Below, one piece after another: positions 59,516-64,000 of a stretch of 64,000 bases of DNA (positions are counted from its first letter, which is position 1; each line of letters opens with the position of its first letter). Made by a program: the position numbers and the translations under genes. The notes under the pieces are model-generated. The model made no database searches and had not been told where the DNA came from. It saw nothing but the letters and a program-made list of their open reading frames with translations. The stretch lies in sequence record SRR31156797_5854. One strand, written 5' to 3'.

Positions 59516-60694
59516 TTATTCAATAATTCTTGCATATATTTTCGGGATTGCTCCTTCAGTTTCATTTACTTTCTCAATATTGATATTCTCAATATCTACG
59601 TACCCCATCAATTCTCCATACACTTGGAATCTCTCACCATTTTTGATTGCTTTCTCTCCATAATATTCAATTAATGCTATATCGTCACTATCGTTATTTA
59701 CATAAAATGTAAATATTTGAGTTGGATAACGCTGTATTATTTCCTGTACTCTGCCAGATATCTGAAATATTGTATAACCAGCACTAGTATCATCTTGGCT
59801 TGTTAATGCTGTATAGTCAGACGATATCGCCGATGTTTTGTATATATCAATATTAAATTGCCTTTCAACGTCAATTGTTTGTGTATATGTACCAAATTCT
59901 GGCGAAAAAGCTACTATATCAAAAGAGTATTTGCCTGGAATAACCGGAATATTTGATAACCAAATATTAAAAGTTTCTGAATCTTCCTTATGCTCTATTT
60001 CATATTCTAAATCAGTACTAAGCTCAAGTTCAGTTCCCTTAGATACTGTTCCTGATATTAAGAGCTGATTTGTTTCAGTGCTAAATATCTGCTCTGGATT
60101 GAATGCCAGCTGAATACTGGTATATTTTCTGAATATAATCAACTGCTTTTTAATACTATCACCATTTTGGGCAATTGCTCTTATTGTCACATGGTTTTCT
60201 CCATAATCCTCCACGGGAATTACAATTTCACAATTACCTTCTTCATCAATAGCTGTATCTGCTTTAAGTCCATCTACTTCAATAATTGAAGCATTTGTAT
60301 TTGCATTAACAATCGCTTCATTACCTTCAATTACTATTATATCCTCCAAATCATCTGAAAATGACAATGTCAATTCATAATTACCAATACTTTGCCCAAT
60401 TACTGTACTGTTATTATTTGACTTAATATTTAGAAGCATTGAAAGAAGATAAGCTAAAACAGCAAACAGCAAAATAGTAGCAATCCATACAACAGCAGTC
60501 AATTTTTTTATTCTTGTAGTACGCTGTACTTGTTTTTCAAGCATATGCCCCTTTTTTAAAATAACAATTGGTATCTGTCCATCATCACTATCATTATAAT
60601 TCTGGACATCGTCTTGTTTTATAAGTTCATTGCCGCATTTATAGCAATGAGTATGATAGTAATTATTAATTGTTTTACATTGAGTACATCTCAT
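59516..60694 (-). CDS. Hypothetical membrane protein: N-terminal zinc ribbon, one TM, Ig-like segments, probable C-terminal OB-fold
   Basis: CTQC...HCYKC, TM at about aa 65-90, beta-rich extracellular part; ATGA overlap with the phosphatase gene. Confidence 0.7.
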   Translation of the reverse strand: MRCTQCKTINNYYHTHCYKCGNELIKQDDVQNYNDSDDGQIPIVILKKGHMLEKQVQRTTRIKKLTAVVWIATILLFAVLAYLLSMLLNIKSNNNSTVIGQSIGNYELTLSFSDDLEDIIVIEGNEAIVNANTNASIIEVDGLKADTAIDEEGNCEIVIPVEDYGENHVTIRAIAQNGDSIKKQLIIFRKYTSIQLAFNPEQIFSTETNQLLISGTVSKGTELELSTDLEYEIEHKEDSETFNIWLSNIPVIPGKYSFDIVAFSPEFGTYTQTIDVERQFNIDIYKTSAISSDYTALTSQDDTSAGYTIFQISGRVQEIIQRYPTQIFTFYVNNDSDDIALIEYYGEKAIKNGERFQVYGELMGYVDIENINIEKVNETEGAIPKIYARIIE

Positions 60695-61437
60695 TTAATA
60701 ATCTCCTGATTATGTATTTGGTCGTTTTTCAGAATATTTAGTGCATTATTATTTACTAATTCAGTATAATATTCTTCATTTACTATTCTTCTTAGAATAT
60801 ATAACGCTTCACCTATATGCTCTGTATCCTGTATATCATGAGCATCACTTCCAACAATATGAATAAGTCCACGCTTTAGCAGTTTTTTTACAAACCTCGC
60901 TGGAATTCTGCCATATTTACCTAATAAACTCAGTAAATTCATCTGTATAATAACACCGTCATCAACCCAGGATTCTATAACATCAAATCTGTTCATTAAT
61001 ACATCTATTCGTTCTACATGAGCTAATATTGATTTTAATCCCCATACTGATAAATTGTATATTACCTCATCTATCAAGAGAATATCCTGTCCAAATACAG
61101 GCTCTATAAGTACATATTCTGTATCTTCAATAACCAAATTTCCTATAATATCTTGTGTTGTTATGCTGTCTCTAGTCTGTACTTCATACCCAAGTTTCAA
61201 ATTAATAGGTATCTTTTCTTCTTTTATTCTTTCTTTTAATAAATTAAACTGTTTATTAATTGTATGAAATTTCACACTGTAATCATTAGCTGTATACATA
61301 TGAGGTGTTGCAATTATTGTATTTATACCAGCATCAGCGAGATTTTTTGCCATATGAACAGATACTTCAATATCTTCTGCCCCATCATCAACTTCGGGGA
61401 TAATATGACAGTGAATATCGATTACATTCATTCTCAT
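60691..61437 (-). CDS. cpsB: CpsB/CapC PHP-type tyrosine phosphatase
   Basis: IDIHCHIIP.VDDGA, IIATPH, LAHVER and GSDAH. Confidence 0.93.
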   Translation of the reverse strand: MRMNVIDIHCHIIPEVDDGAEDIEVSVHMAKNLADAGINTIIATPHMYTANDYSVKFHTINKQFNLLKERIKEEKIPINLKLGYEVQTRDSITTQDIIGNLVIEDTEYVLIEPVFGQDILLIDEVIYNLSVWGLKSILAHVERIDVLMNRFDVIESWVDDGVIIQMNLLSLLGKYGRIPARFVKKLLKRGLIHIVGSDAHDIQDTEHIGEALYILRRIVNEEYYTELVNNNALNILKNDQIHNQEIIK

Positions 61438-62282
61438 AATTTAAATCTTCTCTTTTTAGTGTCGGCAGTTTTGCTTTTGTTTCTTGAGTAAACAAATTTT
61501 CTATCTTGTGTGCTGTTTTTTTTACTATTTAGATTATTATCAACATCTTCAACGTCTTCAGCATAATCACTCACATCATTATTTGAGTAGCCATAATTAT
61601 TACCATAGCCATACCCATATCCATATCTGTATTTACCCCCTCTGGAAGTTTCCTTATATTGTGTCAGAATTGAACCGATTATATTTCCATCAACGACATC
61701 CAGCGCTTTCTTTGATTCCAAGAGAGTTTTTTCATGGGTAAACATATGCTTTGCCACGATTATAATTCCGTCTGATATTTTAGATAAGGACAATGCGTCC
61801 GGCACAACCAGCACAGGCGGTGTATCAATGATTATATAGTCAAAGTCTTCTTTCATTCTTTCAAACATAGAATATATTTTGGCAGAACTAAGCAAAGTCA
61901 CAGGGTTTGGCGGCTTTAATCCACTAGTCATAATATATAAATCATTAATCTCTGTTTCAATAACCACATCTGCATAGTCATCCAAAAAAACGGCGTTACT
62001 GAAACCATTATTATTTACAATGTTGAAATGTTTATGGACTCTAGGCTGTCTAAAGTCACTATCTACTAATAGAACTTTCTCACCAGACATAGCAAGAGAG
62101 ATTGCTGTATTTACCGATATAGTTGTTTTTCCCTCGCCCATAATTGAGCTGGTAATCATAATAGTTTTTATATTCTTATCTATTGTTGAGTACTTAATAT
62201 TAAGTGCAATCTTATTAAATATATCGCGCAATACAGATGATTCAATCAAATTCGATTGCGGTATAGTTGATAACTTCTTCAT
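61434..62282 (-). CDS. cpsD: CpsD/CapB BY-kinase
   Basis: GEGKTT Walker A, LLVDSDFR, IIIDTPP and a C-terminal tyrosine cluster YRYGYGYGYG. Confidence 0.93.
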   Translation of the reverse strand: MKKLSTIPQSNLIESSVLRDIFNKIALNIKYSTIDKNIKTIMITSSIMGEGKTTISVNTAISLAMSGEKVLLVDSDFRQPRVHKHFNIVNNNGFSNAVFLDDYADVVIETEINDLYIMTSGLKPPNPVTLLSSAKIYSMFERMKEDFDYIIIDTPPVLVVPDALSLSKISDGIIIVAKHMFTHEKTLLESKKALDVVDGNIIGSILTQYKETSRGGKYRYGYGYGYGNNYGYSNNDVSDYAEDVEDVDNNLNSKKNSTQDRKFVYSRNKSKTADTKKRRFKL

Positions 62283-62284
62283 AG

Positions 62285-63001
62285 TTATGCCTTCCCTTTT
62301 CTATTAGTCTTGCTGACATCTAAATAAGGCACTATACCAAATGTCGTTGTCCCCAATATTTTATCCATTTGTTCTGAAGATGCAATAGTTGAATCAAATA
62401 AGTCAATTATTATAGCAAAAGCTGCAGCAATAAAAACACCAGCAAAAATACCAATTAAAGTATTACGTTGTCTGTTTGGTCTTATAGGTATTACAGGTAA
62501 TCTAGCATAGTCAATTACCTGAACATTATCCATTTTCATGATTTCAGTCACTTCTTCCTGAAAAACGTCCACCAATGCATTTGCTATAATCTTTGCAGTA
62601 TCGGGATTAGTATTTTGTACGGATATTTTTATAATCTCAGTATTATCCTCCGCCTCTACATCAATACTTTTTGCAAGATCTTTTACAGAAATATCCAAGC
62701 TTGTTTGTTCAATAACCTGAGACAGAACTCTCTCAGTCTTTGCAATGATTCTATACGAATTGACTAGCTTAAGTCCCAGATTATAATCATTGTAGCTGAT
62801 ATTAGTTAAATCGCTTTCATTCTTCTGTGAACTAATAATAACAGTCGCTTCTGCTTGGTATATGTCCGGCAGAATTATCCATGAATAAGCCGCTGCTAAT
62901 CCGCCAAACACAATAGCTGCTGCTGCAATCCACCATAATCGCTTCATAATACTACGAAACAAGTCAACTAAGTTAATTTCTATATATTTCTCTTCGTTCA
63001 T
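62285..63001 (-). CDS. cpsC: CpsC/YveK chain-length regulator (Wzz family)
   Basis: EINLVDLF, TM, YQAEAT, VQVIDYA..P..PIRP, second TM and DSTI. Confidence 0.9.
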   Translation of the reverse strand: MNEEKYIEINLVDLFRSIMKRLWWIAAAAIVFGGLAAAYSWIILPDIYQAEATVIISSQKNESDLTNISYNDYNLGLKLVNSYRIIAKTERVLSQVIEQTSLDISVKDLAKSIDVEAEDNTEIIKISVQNTNPDTAKIIANALVDVFQEEVTEIMKMDNVQVIDYARLPVIPIRPNRQRNTLIGIFAGVFIAAAFAIIIDLFDSTIASSEQMDKILGTTTFGIVPYLDVSKTNRKGKA

Positions 63002-63030
63002 TTAATACAAATCTCCACCTTAATATCATT

Positions 63031-64000
63031 CTAGTACGCTCCTTTTCCTAATAAAAGCACTACTACGGTTTTCCCTATTGTTCTTATGTCTTCCCATATA
63101 GACCATTTCTCAATATATTCTTTTTCCATTTTTACAACTGCTTCGAAATCCAATATATCGCTTCTTCCATTTGCCTGCCACATACCAGTAATACCTGGAA
63201 TCATTGACAATCTGACAAAATGTCTTTTTTCATATTCTTTTACTTCGCTTACTGTAGGTGGTCTTGTACCTACCAAACTCATATCTCCTTTTAATACATT
63301 TATAAACTGTGGGAATTCATCAATACTTGTCTTTCTCAGGAATTTTCCGATTTTTGTTATTCTTGGGTCATTGTCAATCTTAAACAATTGCCCCTTCATC
63401 TTATTATGTTTCTTAAGATCAGCCTTTTTGGCTTCAGCATCATTACACATGGTCCTGAACTTATATATTTCAAATATTCTTCCGTTCTTGCCTACCCTGT
63501 CTTGTTTGAACAGAACCGGACCCTTGCTTCCAATTTTTATTATCGGAGCAAATATTATAAACATTACTGCAAACAAAACAAATCCTATAGAACCCCCGAA
63601 TAAATCCAAACATCTTTTAAGAAACAACTGACCATAATTAAGGTGATGTATGGAGTACCTTATAGCCGGTATGTTCTCCTTAAAGGTGATTTTCCAATCT
63701 TCAAATCCCGGTATATATGGTTCAATAACCGCAGTTACAGATACGCCTCTTTCCTTGCAAGTGCTTATAATTTCCCTATATTCGTCTTCGTATGTTCTCT
63801 TTTGGTCAATTACCACATGATCTATGGTTTCGCCTTTTATTAATTCATTAAAAGAAGCTAATTTACCTTTATGCTTGACTTCGCAGGCTTCCATCATCTT
63901 GCATGGTTCATTGCTCAGATAGCCAATAATATCAGTACCCATAAATTCATTTATTTTCACATATTTATGGTATCTTACTGTATCATCTGAGCTGCTAAGT
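63031..64000 (-). CDS. Priming sugar transferase (CpsE/WcaJ-type phosphoglycosyl transferase); 5' end outside window
   Basis: KRCLDL, GPVLFKQDRVG, YKFRTM, DPRIT, SIDEFPQF.NVLKGDMSLVGTRP and PGITGMWQ. Frame is open to the window edge. Confidence 0.93.
   Translation of the reverse strand, partial: LSSSDDTVRYHKYVKINEFMGTDIIGYLSNEPCKMMEACEVKHKGKLASFNELIKGETIDHVVIDQKRTYEDEYREIISTCKERGVSVTAVIEPYIPGFEDWKITFKENIPAIRYSIHHLNYGQLFLKRCLDLFGGSIGFVLFAVMFIIFAPIIKIGSKGPVLFKQDRVGKNGRIFEIYKFRTMCNDAEAKKADLKKHNKMKGQLFKIDNDPRITKIGKFLRKTSIDEFPQFINVLKGDMSLVGTRPPTVSEVKEYEKRHFVRLSMIPGITGMWQANGRSDILDFEAVVKMEKEYIEKWSIWEDIRTIGKTVVVLLLGKGAY

Noticed and set aside
61590-61632. YGYGYG-encoding short repeat as a contingency locus
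   Set aside because: It is the standard autophosphorylation tyrosine cluster of BY-kinases, with degenerate codons.
936-63843. Numerous 60-180 aa ORFs antisense to or nested in identified genes (e.g. 32106-32594, 63086-63631, 23824-24246)
   Set aside because: They are shadow ORFs of well-supported genes, lacking RBS and recognisable motifs.
1-64000. CRISPR arrays, tRNA/rRNA genes, transposases, integrases, prophage or defence genes
   Set aside because: No regularly spaced repeats, RNA gene signatures or such protein motifs were recognised by eye; short degenerate remnants could have been missed.

Overview
AT-rich chromosomal segment from a Clostridia-class, apparently endospore-forming Firmicute (PolC, SpoIIID with a sigma-E-type promoter, class B sortase, single-chain PurL; standard code 11). 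About 1-37 kb is mostly housekeeping: YdjI/YdjG-like envelope-stress genes, murF-ddl, purL, xseB-ispA, rnj, mltG-hemW, frr-uppS-cdsA-dxr-rseP-ispG-polC, ftsK-rimO-pgsA-cinA and spoIIID, with several normally conserved gene neighbourhoods broken. About 37-64 kb is a split Wzx/Wzy surface-polysaccharide region. Its left block is headed by a LoaP/NusG-family antiterminator gene interrupted by one in-frame TGA (only partly captured by the ORF track) and ends in a pyruvyltransferase plus FrhB-like Fe-S oxidoreductase pair. A middle section holds manA, pgm and uncharacterised membrane proteins. The right block (priming transferase, CpsC/D/B) runs into an SPSTG-anchored protein, a class B sortase and an LCP ligase. 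Best candidates for new biology: a sortase/LCP/carrier-protein module in the polysaccharide locus, the TGA-split antiterminator with its downstream leader, the pyruvyltransferase-FrhB pair, a 30-aa C-terminal tag shared by two neighbouring exported proteins, and a multi-stem leader upstream of RNase J. No rRNA, tRNA, CRISPR array or mobile element was recognised. All family assignments come from motif recognition by eye, not database searches.
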